From positions 2,326-66,325 of the forward strand of contig CAJXLF010000014.1 of NCBI GenBank assembly GCA_913055805.1: 64,000 bases of DNA, given 5' to 3'. Below the pieces are notes generated by a model, which saw only the letters and a program-made list of their open reading frames with translations, made no database searches and was not told the origin of the DNA. Each line of letters begins with the position of its first letter. The stretch's first letter is position 1. The position numbers were made by a program, and so were the translations under genes. The DNA comes from an uncultured Salinisphaerales bacterium. GTDB taxonomy: Bacteria; Pseudomonadota; Gammaproteobacteria; Nevskiales; CAJXLF01. This document shows, in pieces, positions 17,925 through 27,551 of this stretch.

Positions 17925-18710
17925 ATGTCTCTACTTTTCTGGATTATTCCCTTCAGCCTGCTGGGTGGGTTGCTCAGTACCCTGGGCGCGAGCCTGCTGT
18001 TATTGCTTTCGAATGAGCGCCTGACACGCTGGATGCCGGGTCTGGTAAGCCTGGCCATTGGCGCGCTGCTGGCGGCCGCATTTGTAGGTTTGTTGCCGCA
18101 CGCCATTGAGATGGTTGAGGGCACGCAGGCAGTACACAAGCTGGGGCTGACCGTGCTCGCCGGTATTTTGCTGTTCTTCACATTGGAGAAAATGGTCTTG
18201 TGGCGCCACAGTCATGATCACGATCATGGGCACGGGGTAAGCCACCAGGCAGGTCACAAGCTTTCCAAAGGTGCAGTCGCCGCAATTCTGGTGGGAGACG
18301 CCGTGCACAATGTGGTGGATGGCTTACTGATAGGCGCCGCTTTTCTTGCCGATGTGCATCTGGGCATCATGACCAGCCTGGCGGTCGCGGCCCATGAACT
18401 GCCTCAGGAAATGGGCGATTTCGTGATTTTGCTGCACAGTGGCATGCGCGCGAGCCGGGCTTTGTGGCTGAATCTGGCGGCCAGCCTGACGACGGTTTTA
18501 GGCGCTTTGCTGGCCTATTATTCCCTGTCTACCGACTGGTTGCCCTATGCCCTGGCCATAGCCGCTGCCAGTTTTATATATGTGGCTGTTGCCGATCTTA
18601 TTCCCAGCCTGCAGCGCCGTACCGGGCTTTTAACCAGTGTCGGTGAACTGTCACTGATTGCCGTCGGAGTGGTCGCCATTACCCTGGCGCATTTCAATCT
18701 ACATGTCTGA
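17925..18710 (+). CDS. ZIP family metal (zinc) transporter
   Basis: His-rich loop HSHDHDHGHGVSH and the HELPQEMGDF ZIP signature. An alternative GTG start lies at 17916. Confidence 0.8.
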   Translation: MSLLFWIIPFSLLGGLLSTLGASLLLLLSNERLTRWMPGLVSLAIGALLAAAFVGLLPHAIEMVEGTQAVHKLGLTVLAGILLFFTLEKMVLWRHSHDHDHGHGVSHQAGHKLSKGAVAAILVGDAVHNVVDGLLIGAAFLADVHLGIMTSLAVAAHELPQEMGDFVILLHSGMRASRALWLNLAASLTTVLGALLAYYSLSTDWLPYALAIAAASFIYVAVADLIPSLQRRTGLLTSVGELSLIAVGVVAITLAHFNLHV

Positions 18711-19001
18711 AACGGCTTTTTAAGACAAGGCATTAGCACGGCTTTATGTTGCGCGTGAACGGTGGGTTTGGTACAAACTCCCAGTGAATGAATGTGGCGA
18801 ATCGGGGGTTGCCACAATCGATCAAAAGATTAAAAACATATATGCAGTCCGGCGGACTATCCGTTTGGACGGGAGGAGGGATGCACTGCAGGGATCGTTG
18901 CGTTCTTCAGGAATTGCTTCCTCTGATGTTTGCGGCCGGCATAACCATGCCGGATCGGATGAGAACAGGGTGCCTGGGTGCAGGAGAGAGAGGGGTTGAT
19001 T

Positions 19002-21311
19002 ATGGCGTTGCCTGATACGCTTTTTAATGTACGTCGCCGGTTTACGGTATTCACTTTTTTGTTTCTGGCCTGGCCGCTTTCTGCCCAGGCACTGGAATTC
19101 GACCTCTGGGGAATCAGCGGCACATTGGATAACAATGTGACCATTGGTGGCGCCTGGCGCATGGAGGAGCGAAATCCGGACCTGATCGGCAAGAGCAGCT
19201 TGCAGCCAGGGTTGTGTACCGCACGCCGATCAGACGGCAGTCTGGGTAACAAGGAAGGCCATACTGGCAGCCCAACGCCCGGCAATGTCGGCGGCACCTG
19301 TAATGCGACCACCGATTCCAGCGTGAATCAGGCCTATGTCACTGAGCCGGGCTTTTTCTCGCCCAATACGGATAACGGCAACCTGAATTACGACGAGGGT
19401 GATGTGGTTTCCGCTGCTGTCAAATGGACGGGCGATCTGGTGCTGAATATGGGCTCGCTCAGCGCCTTCATCAGAGGCGTTTATTTCTTCGATGAAACCA
19501 ACAACGACTTCGACGAATTTCATCCGGATACAACCCTGCAGCCCCGCGAAACACGTCGTTCGGATGCAATAAACGACAACATCGGCACCGATTTCGATAT
19601 TCTCGACGCTTATCTGACCTACAACTTCGAACTCTTTGATCGTTTCGTCTCATTGAAGGTGGGCGACCAGGTGATCAACTGGGGTGAGAGCGCCTTCCTG
19701 GTACCGGGTAGCATCAATAACATCAATCCGCCCGATGTAACACGTTTGCGTCTGCCGGGATTCAATGTGAAGGAGCTGTTCCAACCCTCCGGCATGGTGC
19801 ATCTGGCCACTGATCTGACGAACACCATTTCCATGGAGCTTTTCTATCAGTATGAATGGGTGCCGGTCGTGCCCGATCAGGCGGGAAGCTTCTGGTCGAC
19901 TAGTGATATTGCCGGTGGCGGCACCTATGCCATGCTCAGTTTTGCCAAGGCGCCGGAAGATCCAAATGGTGACTACAACGCTTCAGAAAACCCGGATGAC
20001 CCGATCGGCCTGATTTCCAGCGCCAGCCGTACGTTGCAGCGTGGACCTGACCGTACGGCGGATGACGGGGGGCAGTATGGTGCGGCCATTCGCTATTTTG
20101 CTGAAAACCTGAATGGGGGTACCGAATTCGGTTTCTACTACCAGCGCTACCATTCCCGTCTGCCCATCGCCAGTTTCTATGCGGCCAATGGCACCTGTAT
20201 CAATGAGGGCAGCAATAACGTGGTTCTCGCGATAGCTGACTGTGGCATTGGAGGGCCTTTCGGGCGTCTGGGTGTAGGCAGTGTAACGGGACTGCTGGCT
20301 TCGCAAGGTTTGCCGATTCCCGCCGAGTTACAGGGGCTGGCGGATACCGTGCGTATTGGTCTGGCGAATGAACCGGTGCCGGTGGATACCGCCCGCGTCT
20401 TCCTCGAATATCCGGAAGACCTTGATATGTACGGCCTGAGCTTTAACACCCTGTTGGGTGATTGGGCCTGGTCAGGTGAGGTGGCCTATAGGCCAGAAAC
20501 ACCTCTGCAGATTCATACCACTGACCTCACGCTGGCGGCGGTTAACCCGGCTTTCCCGAATCATGCGTTGGCTATTCCGGGCGTGGGCAATCTGCCTAAT
20601 CGGCGCCTGGCGGCTCCGGATTACATCACTTCATTCCGTGGCCGTAATCCCAGTACCGAGGAAGGGCGAGTGAAGCCGGGCGAGTACATTCCTGGTTTCG
20701 AGATGATGAAAACCTATAATCTGGAAAGTACTTTCCTGCGTACCATCGGCGGTGACAACTTCCTTGGCGCGGACCAGATTGCAGTTATTCTGGAGCTGGG
20801 CGCGACCTTTGTGGACGATTTCCCGGATATCACCGAAGTACAATTCAACGGCGATGGCGCCGATACCCACTTCAGTAATGGTGCGGATGGTACGGTGTCG
20901 CCCCGTGACACGGCTGATTTGACCAATTCGAGCGGCGACGGCCTGGTGAATACAGGCTGCGCTGGCGATCTGAATGCTTGCCGTCAGAACCCGACGCAAC
21001 AAGACGAAAGCGCCTTCGCCACCGAGTGGTCCTATGGTTATCGCTTTATCACGTTGGTTACGTACAATGACGTCTTCCTCGGCGTCAATGTGGCGCCGCT
21101 CTTAGGAGTGTTCCATGATGTGGGAGGCATTTCGCCGGGGCCGGGAGGCAACTTCATTGAAGATCGTGTCGTATCGCTGGCCGGTTTGCAGTTCGACTAC
21201 CTGAGTAAGTGGAATGCCGAGCTCCGTTACACGGACTACAGTGGCGGCGGTGTGAACCATCAGCAAAACGACCGTGATTTCATCTCCCTCTATGTGGGGT
21301 ATCAGTTCTGA
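19002..21311 (+). CDS. DUF1302-family outer membrane beta-barrel protein
   Basis: Signal peptide ...AWPLSAQA, N-terminal FDLWGISGTLDNNVTIGGAWRMEERNPDLIG typical of DUF1302, and C-terminal ...YVGYQF. GAGAGAGAGGGG SD upstream of ATG 19002. Confidence 0.7.
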   Translation: MALPDTLFNVRRRFTVFTFLFLAWPLSAQALEFDLWGISGTLDNNVTIGGAWRMEERNPDLIGKSSLQPGLCTARRSDGSLGNKEGHTGSPTPGNVGGTCNATTDSSVNQAYVTEPGFFSPNTDNGNLNYDEGDVVSAAVKWTGDLVLNMGSLSAFIRGVYFFDETNNDFDEFHPDTTLQPRETRRSDAINDNIGTDFDILDAYLTYNFELFDRFVSLKVGDQVINWGESAFLVPGSINNINPPDVTRLRLPGFNVKELFQPSGMVHLATDLTNTISMELFYQYEWVPVVPDQAGSFWSTSDIAGGGTYAMLSFAKAPEDPNGDYNASENPDDPIGLISSASRTLQRGPDRTADDGGQYGAAIRYFAENLNGGTEFGFYYQRYHSRLPIASFYAANGTCINEGSNNVVLAIADCGIGGPFGRLGVGSVTGLLASQGLPIPAELQGLADTVRIGLANEPVPVDTARVFLEYPEDLDMYGLSFNTLLGDWAWSGEVAYRPETPLQIHTTDLTLAAVNPAFPNHALAIPGVGNLPNRRLAAPDYITSFRGRNPSTEEGRVKPGEYIPGFEMMKTYNLESTFLRTIGGDNFLGADQIAVILELGATFVDDFPDITEVQFNGDGADTHFSNGADGTVSPRDTADLTNSSGDGLVNTGCAGDLNACRQNPTQQDESAFATEWSYGYRFITLVTYNDVFLGVNVAPLLGVFHDVGGISPGPGGNFIEDRVVSLAGLQFDYLSKWNAELRYTDYSGGGVNHQQNDRDFISLYVGYQF

Positions 21312-21355
21312 GCAGGTGGCTGCTTTCGACGCCTGTAACAATTAGGTGACTGGGA

Positions 21356-22333
21356 ATGCAACAGAGAAAAAAGACTGTGTGTAAGCGCTTCGGATGGGGG
21401 AGTGCGCTCACTGTCCTGGCGGTGTGCTGGGCGGCTAACGTACAGGCGGAGGAGGCGCAGCCGGCAGAAATCATGCCGTTGGCGCCGAAATCCCTGTTAC
21501 TTGATCTGGCGGATACGGGCGAAAACTATGTTGCGGTGGGCGAGCGCGGACACATCCTGTTGTCTGCGGACGGTCAGTCCTGGAAGCAGGTTAATGTGCC
21601 CACCCGCAATATGTTGACCACTGTCTACTTTACCGACGGTAACAACGGCTGGGCCGGCGGACATGACTCTTCCATTGTGCATACCAAGGACGGCGGCAAG
21701 ACCTGGAGCCTGCAGAACTGGGATCCCGAGCTGGAAAAGCCGGTGCTGGATGTCTTTTTCCTTGATTCCGAGCGGGGTTTCGCCATTGGCGCCTATGGTT
21801 TGTTGCTGCGCACCTTTGATGCCGGCCAGACCTGGGAGCAGCACGATGACCCGATCACCGAGGACGAGTTGCATTTCAGTGCGCTCGCACGGCTCGGCGA
21901 CGGCACTCTGCTGATGGCGGGCGAGGCTGGCAGCCTGGCAAGGTCCTTCGATGAAGGTGAAACCTGGGAAGCCATGGATTCGCCTTACGAGGGCAGTTTT
22001 TTCGACGTCGTACCGCGAGGTGAAAAGGGCGCAGTTGTTCTGGGATTGCGCGGCAACGCTTTTGTCGCCGAAGACGTCACCACGGCAACCGCCGACAGCT
22101 GGCTGCGGCTGCAAACAAACACACAGCAGAGTTTCATGGGTGGAACGATGATGCCTAACGGCAATGTGGCGCTGGTAGGTATCAACGGCGTGGTGCTGGT
22201 GGTGAGTCCCGATAACTCAACTACCTTGCTTGAGAATCCCGAGAATATGGGGCTCTCCGGCGTCATTTCGATGCGCGATGGTTCCGCTTTGCTGACTTCC
22301 GGCGAAGGCGGCACATACATCTTCAAGCGCTAA
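21356..22333 (+). CDS. Ycf48/BNR-like beta-propeller protein (secreted)
   Basis: Signal peptide. Repeated S.DGG.TW Asp-box-like motifs (SADGQSWKQ, TKDGGKTWSL, FDAGQTWEQ, FDEGETWEA). Confidence 0.7.
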   Translation: MQQRKKTVCKRFGWGSALTVLAVCWAANVQAEEAQPAEIMPLAPKSLLLDLADTGENYVAVGERGHILLSADGQSWKQVNVPTRNMLTTVYFTDGNNGWAGGHDSSIVHTKDGGKTWSLQNWDPELEKPVLDVFFLDSERGFAIGAYGLLLRTFDAGQTWEQHDDPITEDELHFSALARLGDGTLLMAGEAGSLARSFDEGETWEAMDSPYEGSFFDVVPRGEKGAVVLGLRGNAFVAEDVTTATADSWLRLQTNTQQSFMGGTMMPNGNVALVGINGVVLVVSPDNSTTLLENPENMGLSGVISMRDGSALLTSGEGGTYIFKR

Positions 22334-22364
22334 CAGGCGCGGGCAACCTCAGAGAGATAGCGTT

Positions 22365-24761
22365 ATGAAGAATCCGTTTACGCAAGAAAATATTCTGCGT
22401 GTTGTCGAGCCGATAGTTTACGGCAAGCGCATCCTGATGCTGGTCATCTTGCTGCTGCTCACGGCTTACCTGGGTTATGAAGCCTCCAAGACGCATGTGG
22501 ATGCAGGCTTTGAAAAATCCATTCCGCTCGAACATCCCTACATGAAGGTGCTGAAGAAGTATCAGGACGACTTCGGTGGCGGTAACACTATTCTGGTTTC
22601 GCTGATTAATCGCAGCGGCGAGGATATCTACAACGAAAAGTTTCTGGATACGCTCAGGCAGGCAACGGACGAAGTCTTCTTCCTGCCCGGGGTAGACCGT
22701 TCCAAGGTGACGTCGATATTTACGCCCAATGTGCGCTATATCGAAGTGGTCGAAGGTGGCTTCGCCGGTGGTAACGTGATACCGGCAGAGTACGCGCCAA
22801 ACCAGGAAATGTTCGACCTGGTGAAGACCAATGTAGGCAAGGCCGGCATCATCGGTCGTCTGGTGACCGAAGATCAGAAAGGCGCCATGATTCAGGCTGA
22901 ATTGCTTGAATTTGATCCGGTTACCGGCGAGAAGCTTGATTATCGCGAAGTGGCCCACCAGCTTGAGGAGAAGCTGCGCGTCAAGTTCGAAACCGAGGAT
23001 ATCAGCGTTCACATCATCGGCTTTGCCAAGGTCATTGGCGACGTCACCGATGCTGCGCTAGAAGTGGCTTCGTTCTTTGCCCTTGCCCTGGGTATGACCA
23101 TGGTGCTGCTGTGGTTGTACACCGCCTCCTTCAAGCTGTCGATTGTGGTGCTGGTCTGTTCGCTGGTGGCCGTGGTCTGGGAATTCGGTCTGCTGACACT
23201 GGCCGGCTTTGGTCTTGATCCCTTCGCCATTCTGGTGCCATTCCTGATCCTGTCAGTCAGTACCAGTCACGGTGTGCAGTACGCCAATGCCTGGGTGGCC
23301 GAAATCGATGACGGGCTTGAGCCTTTCGAGGCTTCGCTTAGGACCTTCAGGCGTCTGGCGATTCCCGGTACGACGGCATTGATTACGGACGTGGCGGGCT
23401 TCCTGACGATTCTCCTTATCGAGATCGACATCATTCAGGAAATGGCCTGGAACGCCGCTTTCGGTATGGCGGCGATTATTGTCACTAACAAGATTCTCTG
23501 CCCGATCTGGCTGACCTACATCAAGATCAAGGATCTGGATGCCTTCCGTCAGAAGCAGATCAAACGTGAGCAGATGGGTGATGGGCTGTTCAAGCTCATG
23601 GCCAAGATCACCCGACCCGTGCCGGCGGCGACCACGCTTGTTATTTGCGGTCTGTTGCTGGGCTGGTCGTTTTACAAGTACGGTGATCTGAAAGTAGGCG
23701 ACGCCCAACGCGGCGTTCCGGAACTCTGGCCGGATTCCCGGTATAACCAGGACTCCAATGCCATTACGGATAACTTCGCCATTGGTACGGACATTCTCAA
23801 GGTAGTGGCTGAAACCAAGGCCGAAGCCTGTATCGATTATCACGTGATGGAGGAAATCGACCGCTTTACCTGGCATATGGAGAATACGACGGGTGTGCAG
23901 TCTGTCATCTCCCTGGTGCAGATCGGCAAGCAGGTGAATTCCGGGTTTAACGAGGGCAATCTCAAATTCAAGATGGTGCCCCGCAACCGCTATGTGTTGT
24001 CGCAGGCCATCACGCCGGTACCGACCTCCAGTGGTCTGCTCAACCCTGACTGCTCGGCTATGGCTATCGTGATCTTCACCGAGGATCACAAAGCCGAAAC
24101 AATTCATCATATCGTGGATACAGTTAAGGCCTTTGATGCGGCCAATTCCGGTACGGAAGTGAATTTCTCGCTGGCCTCGGGCAATGTCGGCGTCATGGCG
24201 GCGACCAACGAGGTGGTCGAGGACAAGGAAAAGGAAATCGTCTACTACGTGTATGGCGTCATCATTCTCTTCCTGTGGCTTTCCTGGCGCTCTTTCTCGG
24301 GCCTGTTATGCGTGGTGTTGCCCCTGTATCTGGTGTCTCAGATGGCCTACGCGGTCATGGCGGTGCTGGACATCGGCATGAAAGTGGCCACCTTGCCGGT
24401 CATTGCACTGGCCGTGGGTATTGGTGTGGACTATGGCATCTATATCTACGCCACCCTGCGCGAGGGTTACAAGGATTTCCATCTTTCACTGGAAGACGCC
24501 ATGTACCGCACGCTGCGTAAGACCGGCAAGGCCGTGCTCTTTACCGGCGTCGCGTTGGGCGGTTCGGTCGCGACCTGGCTGTTGTCGGACCTCAAGTTCC
24601 AGGCCGATATGGGCATCATGCTGGTCTTCATGTTCACCGCCAATATGTTTGGCGCGCTGCTCGTGATCCCGGCGCTGGCCTACTTCCTGATGAACTATGA
24701 TGTGCCGGGTGAGAAGAAGGAATTGCACGAGATCGACGAATCCCAGTCGACCGCGCATTAG
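22365..24761 (+). CDS. RND-superfamily (MMPL/HpnN-like) exporter
   Basis: 798 aa with two blocks of about six hydrophobic helices, each preceded by a large soluble loop. The N-terminus is typical of the RND transporters encoded with DUF1302/Ycf48-like genes. Confidence 0.75.
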   Translation: MKNPFTQENILRVVEPIVYGKRILMLVILLLLTAYLGYEASKTHVDAGFEKSIPLEHPYMKVLKKYQDDFGGGNTILVSLINRSGEDIYNEKFLDTLRQATDEVFFLPGVDRSKVTSIFTPNVRYIEVVEGGFAGGNVIPAEYAPNQEMFDLVKTNVGKAGIIGRLVTEDQKGAMIQAELLEFDPVTGEKLDYREVAHQLEEKLRVKFETEDISVHIIGFAKVIGDVTDAALEVASFFALALGMTMVLLWLYTASFKLSIVVLVCSLVAVVWEFGLLTLAGFGLDPFAILVPFLILSVSTSHGVQYANAWVAEIDDGLEPFEASLRTFRRLAIPGTTALITDVAGFLTILLIEIDIIQEMAWNAAFGMAAIIVTNKILCPIWLTYIKIKDLDAFRQKQIKREQMGDGLFKLMAKITRPVPAATTLVICGLLLGWSFYKYGDLKVGDAQRGVPELWPDSRYNQDSNAITDNFAIGTDILKVVAETKAEACIDYHVMEEIDRFTWHMENTTGVQSVISLVQIGKQVNSGFNEGNLKFKMVPRNRYVLSQAITPVPTSSGLLNPDCSAMAIVIFTEDHKAETIHHIVDTVKAFDAANSGTEVNFSLASGNVGVMAATNEVVEDKEKEIVYYVYGVIILFLWLSWRSFSGLLCVVLPLYLVSQMAYAVMAVLDIGMKVATLPVIALAVGIGVDYGIYIYATLREGYKDFHLSLEDAMYRTLRKTGKAVLFTGVALGGSVATWLLSDLKFQADMGIMLVFMFTANMFGALLVIPALAYFLMNYDVPGEKKELHEIDESQSTAH

Positions 24762-24778
24762 ATTCCCCTCGGAACTGC

Positions 24779-24810
24779 AAAGGCCCCGCAATGCGGGGCC
24801 TTTCTTATTT
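24779..24810 (+). terminator. Rho-independent terminator after RND gene
   Basis: GGCCCCGC-aat-GCGGGGCC followed by TTTCTTATTT. Confidence 0.7.
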
Positions 24811-24850
24811 CCACAGCTCCCTTATATCTCTCTTGACTCAGGGGGGAGGC

Positions 24851-25711
24851 TTATCCAGGCTTGCGGTGGCCCTCGCAGGGCAGAAAGCTCAGTGTCATGT
24901 CTTCGATGCGCAGGGCGATCAGTTGGCCACCCCACACGCAGCCGCCATCGAGGCCGTAGACACGCGCGCTCGACCACACGACCTGTCCCAGCGTCGACCA
25001 GTGGCCGAACACAATGCCCGCCTCACGATGCCGCCGGTTCGGATGTGCAAACCAGGGCTGGCTGCCTTGCGGCTGACTGCCGGGTGCGCCCTTTTCCTCC
25101 AGCGCCAGACTGCCATCGGGCAGGCAGTAGCGCATCCGTGTCATGCAATTAATGATAAAGCGCAGACGATCCAGGCCGCTGAGTGATGCATTCCAGACAA
25201 GTGGCTGATCGCCGTACATTTCTGCGAACAACGCATTGTGATCCGGCCCGCGGAGAGTGTTCTCGACTTCAGCGGCCAGGGCTTCAGCCTCGTCCACTGT
25301 CCACTGTGGCGCCAGGCCGGCATGTACCAGCACCCATTCATGAGGCCAGTTGGGTCGCTTCTCGCGGTGCAGTAGCGGGCGGTGGCGTAACCACTCAAGC
25401 AGAACCGCGCTGTCCGGGGCATCCAGTACGGATTGCAGGCTGGGGTCGAGCCTGCGTTGTTTGACGCCGGCAGCTGCGGCGAGCAAATGCAGGTCGTGGT
25501 TGCCCAGCACGGTGACAGCGGCCTCGCCCAGGGACATGACGTAACGCAGTACTTCTGCTGATTGCGGGCCGCGGCTGACCAGATCGCCGGTGAGCCAGAG
25601 GCGGTCTTGATCAGGGTCGAACCCGACCCGTTCCAGCAGTTGCTGAAGCTCATCATGACAGCCCTGAATGTCGCCGATGGCATAGGTGTGCCGGATCTTG
25701 TGCTTTGCCAT
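24851..25711 (-). CDS. apaH: Bis(5'-nucleosyl)-tetraphosphatase, symmetrical (ApaH)
   Basis: Metallophosphatase motifs GDIQGC, GDLVSRGP and GNHD. Confidence 0.9.
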   Translation of the reverse strand: MAKHKIRHTYAIGDIQGCHDELQQLLERVGFDPDQDRLWLTGDLVSRGPQSAEVLRYVMSLGEAAVTVLGNHDLHLLAAAAGVKQRRLDPSLQSVLDAPDSAVLLEWLRHRPLLHREKRPNWPHEWVLVHAGLAPQWTVDEAEALAAEVENTLRGPDHNALFAEMYGDQPLVWNASLSGLDRLRFIINCMTRMRYCLPDGSLALEEKGAPGSQPQGSQPWFAHPNRRHREAGIVFGHWSTLGQVVWSSARVYGLDGGCVWGGQLIALRIEDMTLSFLPCEGHRKPG

Positions 25712-25713
25712 GT

Positions 25714-26520
25714 TCAGGATTCTCCAGGCGTAAGTGCGTGCAGTCGGTTGGCCAGCGCGGCGAACTGCGCCGGTGTGACGCGTTCAGCGCGCAATGACGG
25801 ATCAATACCCGCCGCAAGGATGTCCTCGCGGCTGCAAAGCGCTTTCAGTGCATTGCTGAGGGTTTTCCGACGTGTGCTGAAAGCGGCATCCAGTACCTTC
25901 TGATAACTGTCCCGGTCATGAATCTCGAATTCAGGGTGGCAGGGTGTCAGTCGAACAATGGCCGAATCGACCTTGGGGGGCGGGTTGAAGGCGCCAGGTT
26001 TGACCTTGAACAGATATTCACAACGCACATGGGCAGCGAGGCTGGCGGACAGTCGCCCGTAGGCCTTGTCGCCTGGCAGGGCCACCATGCGGTCGACCAC
26101 TTCCTTTTGCAGCATGAAATGCATGTCGTGAATACGGTCGGCGAAATGCAGCAGGTGAAAAAGCAGGGGCGAGGAGATGTTGTACGGCAGGTTGCCCACC
26201 AGCCGCATAGGGCGTCCCTGTGTATTCAGGCTGCCGAAATCAAATTTGAGGGCATCCGCCTGGTGCACGATGAGTTCGCCGGCGCCGGCGCACAGGTTTT
26301 GCAGATGGGGAATGACATCACGGTCGAGTTCAACCACCTGAAGCGATCCCAGCCTGCGTAACAGGGGCACCGTCAGTGCGCCGAGTCCGGGGCCTATTTC
26401 CACGACGAAATCATTCTCCCGGGGCGATACGGCCTGCAGTATCCGGTCGATGATAATGGGGTCATGCAGGAAGTTCTGTCCAAAGCGCCTGCGCGCGCGA
26501 TGCGGCTGAGGTGCGGACAT
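25714..26520 (-). CDS. rsmA: 16S rRNA (adenine1518/1519-N6)-dimethyltransferase RsmA/KsgA
   Basis: RFGQNFLHD motif and SAM-binding VEIGPGLGALT. ATG 26520 overlaps the pdxA stop by 1 nt. Confidence 0.9.
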   Translation of the reverse strand: MSAPQPHRARRRFGQNFLHDPIIIDRILQAVSPRENDFVVEIGPGLGALTVPLLRRLGSLQVVELDRDVIPHLQNLCAGAGELIVHQADALKFDFGSLNTQGRPMRLVGNLPYNISSPLLFHLLHFADRIHDMHFMLQKEVVDRMVALPGDKAYGRLSASLAAHVRCEYLFKVKPGAFNPPPKVDSAIVRLTPCHPEFEIHDRDSYQKVLDAAFSTRRKTLSNALKALCSREDILAAGIDPSLRAERVTPAQFAALANRLHALTPGES

Positions 26521-27551
26521 CACGCGTAACCTTCTGTCGATATGGGTTTTTTCCGGTTGCTGGCCAGTTGACTTGCCACTTCCAGTGCATAGGCGAAGCT
26601 GCCGTCATCGGCACGCCCGCTGCCGGCCAGGTCCAGCGCAGTGCCGTGGTCTACCGAAGTACGGATCAGGGGCAGGCCTAATGTGATGTTTACGGCGCGT
26701 CCGAAGCCGGCGTGCTTGAGCACGGGCAGGCCCTGGTCGTGGTACATGGCCAGTACCGCATCCGCAGTTTCCAGGTATTTGGCCGTGAACAGGGTATCGG
26801 CAGGCAGTGGGCCACTGATATGCATGCCCTCGGCGCGACAGCTCTCGAGTACTGGCCGGATGATCTCTTTTTCCTCAGTCCCCAGATGTCCTTCCTCGCC
26901 TGCGTGCGGATTGAGGCCGGCGACCAGGATATGGGGGCGGGCAATAGCGAAGTCATTCTGCAGCACCCGATGCAGTGTTTGCAGGCAGTGATGTATCTTG
27001 GCGGCAGTGATGTGTTCGGCAACATCACGCAGAGGCAGATGGGTGGTGACGAGAGCTACGCGCAGCCCCGGGGTGGCCAGCATCATGACCGGCTCTGACA
27101 CAGAGCAGACCTCGGCGAAAAATTCAGTATGTCCGGAAAATGGAATGCCGGCTTCGTTGATGACGGATTTCTGCACCGGTCCGGTCGTAATGGCCTCTGC
27201 CTCGCCTGCCAGGCAGAGGCGGGCAGCCTGACTCAGTGTTTCGAGCACATACGGGGCGTTGCGTGGATCAAGCCGGCCTGGCGCTGAATCCACCTGCAGG
27301 TCCACGGGCAGGATGTTCAGCCGGCCACTGCATGCCTCGGCGGTGTTGCGGACGGGATGAATGGCTACAGGTATTCCCAGCAGCTTCGCACGGTCGTTTA
27401 ACAGGCCAGGGTCCGCAATGGCAATCACCCGGCCTTTAAAGTCGGTAACAGCATTTGCGGCCCACTGAAGCAGAATGTCCGGCCCGATGCCGGCGGGTTC
27501 GCCGGGTGTGACCAGCAGGCGCGGCGTGTTGCCGATATCAGCCGCCTTCAC
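26520..27551 (-). CDS. pdxA: 4-hydroxythreonine-4-phosphate dehydrogenase PdxA
   Basis: LLVTPGEPAGIGPD N-terminal motif. GTG 27551 is preferred; ATG 27599 is the alternative. The track extension to 27869 runs antisense-free through the surA 3' end and is not credible. Confidence 0.85.
   Translation of the reverse strand: MKAADIGNTPRLLVTPGEPAGIGPDILLQWAANAVTDFKGRVIAIADPGLLNDRAKLLGIPVAIHPVRNTAEACSGRLNILPVDLQVDSAPGRLDPRNAPYVLETLSQAARLCLAGEAEAITTGPVQKSVINEAGIPFSGHTEFFAEVCSVSEPVMMLATPGLRVALVTTHLPLRDVAEHITAAKIHHCLQTLHRVLQNDFAIARPHILVAGLNPHAGEEGHLGTEEKEIIRPVLESCRAEGMHISGPLPADTLFTAKYLETADAVLAMYHDQGLPVLKHAGFGRAVNITLGLPLIRTSVDHGTALDLAGSGRADDGSFAYALEVASQLASNRKKPISTEGYA

Noticed and set aside
18730-18745. 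Exact 16-nt repeat GCATTAGCACGGCTTT shared with the erpA terminator (60402-60417).
   Set aside because: In 64 kb on both strands, about one exact 16-mer coincidence is expected by chance (~4e9 comparisons versus 4^16). The copy at 18730 does not form the hairpin.
18711-19001. 290-nt leader upstream of the DUF1302 gene, examined for a riboswitch or sRNA.
   Set aside because: Only short hairpins are present (TGTGGC...GCCACA around 18793-18816, CCGGCAT-aacc-ATGCCGG around 18936-18953). I recognise no known riboswitch core and see no terminator.
24851-26520. Absence of apaG between rsmA and apaH.
   Set aside because: rsmA and apaH are separated by 2 nt, so apaG is simply not in this operon. This is a synteny variant without further signal in the sequence.
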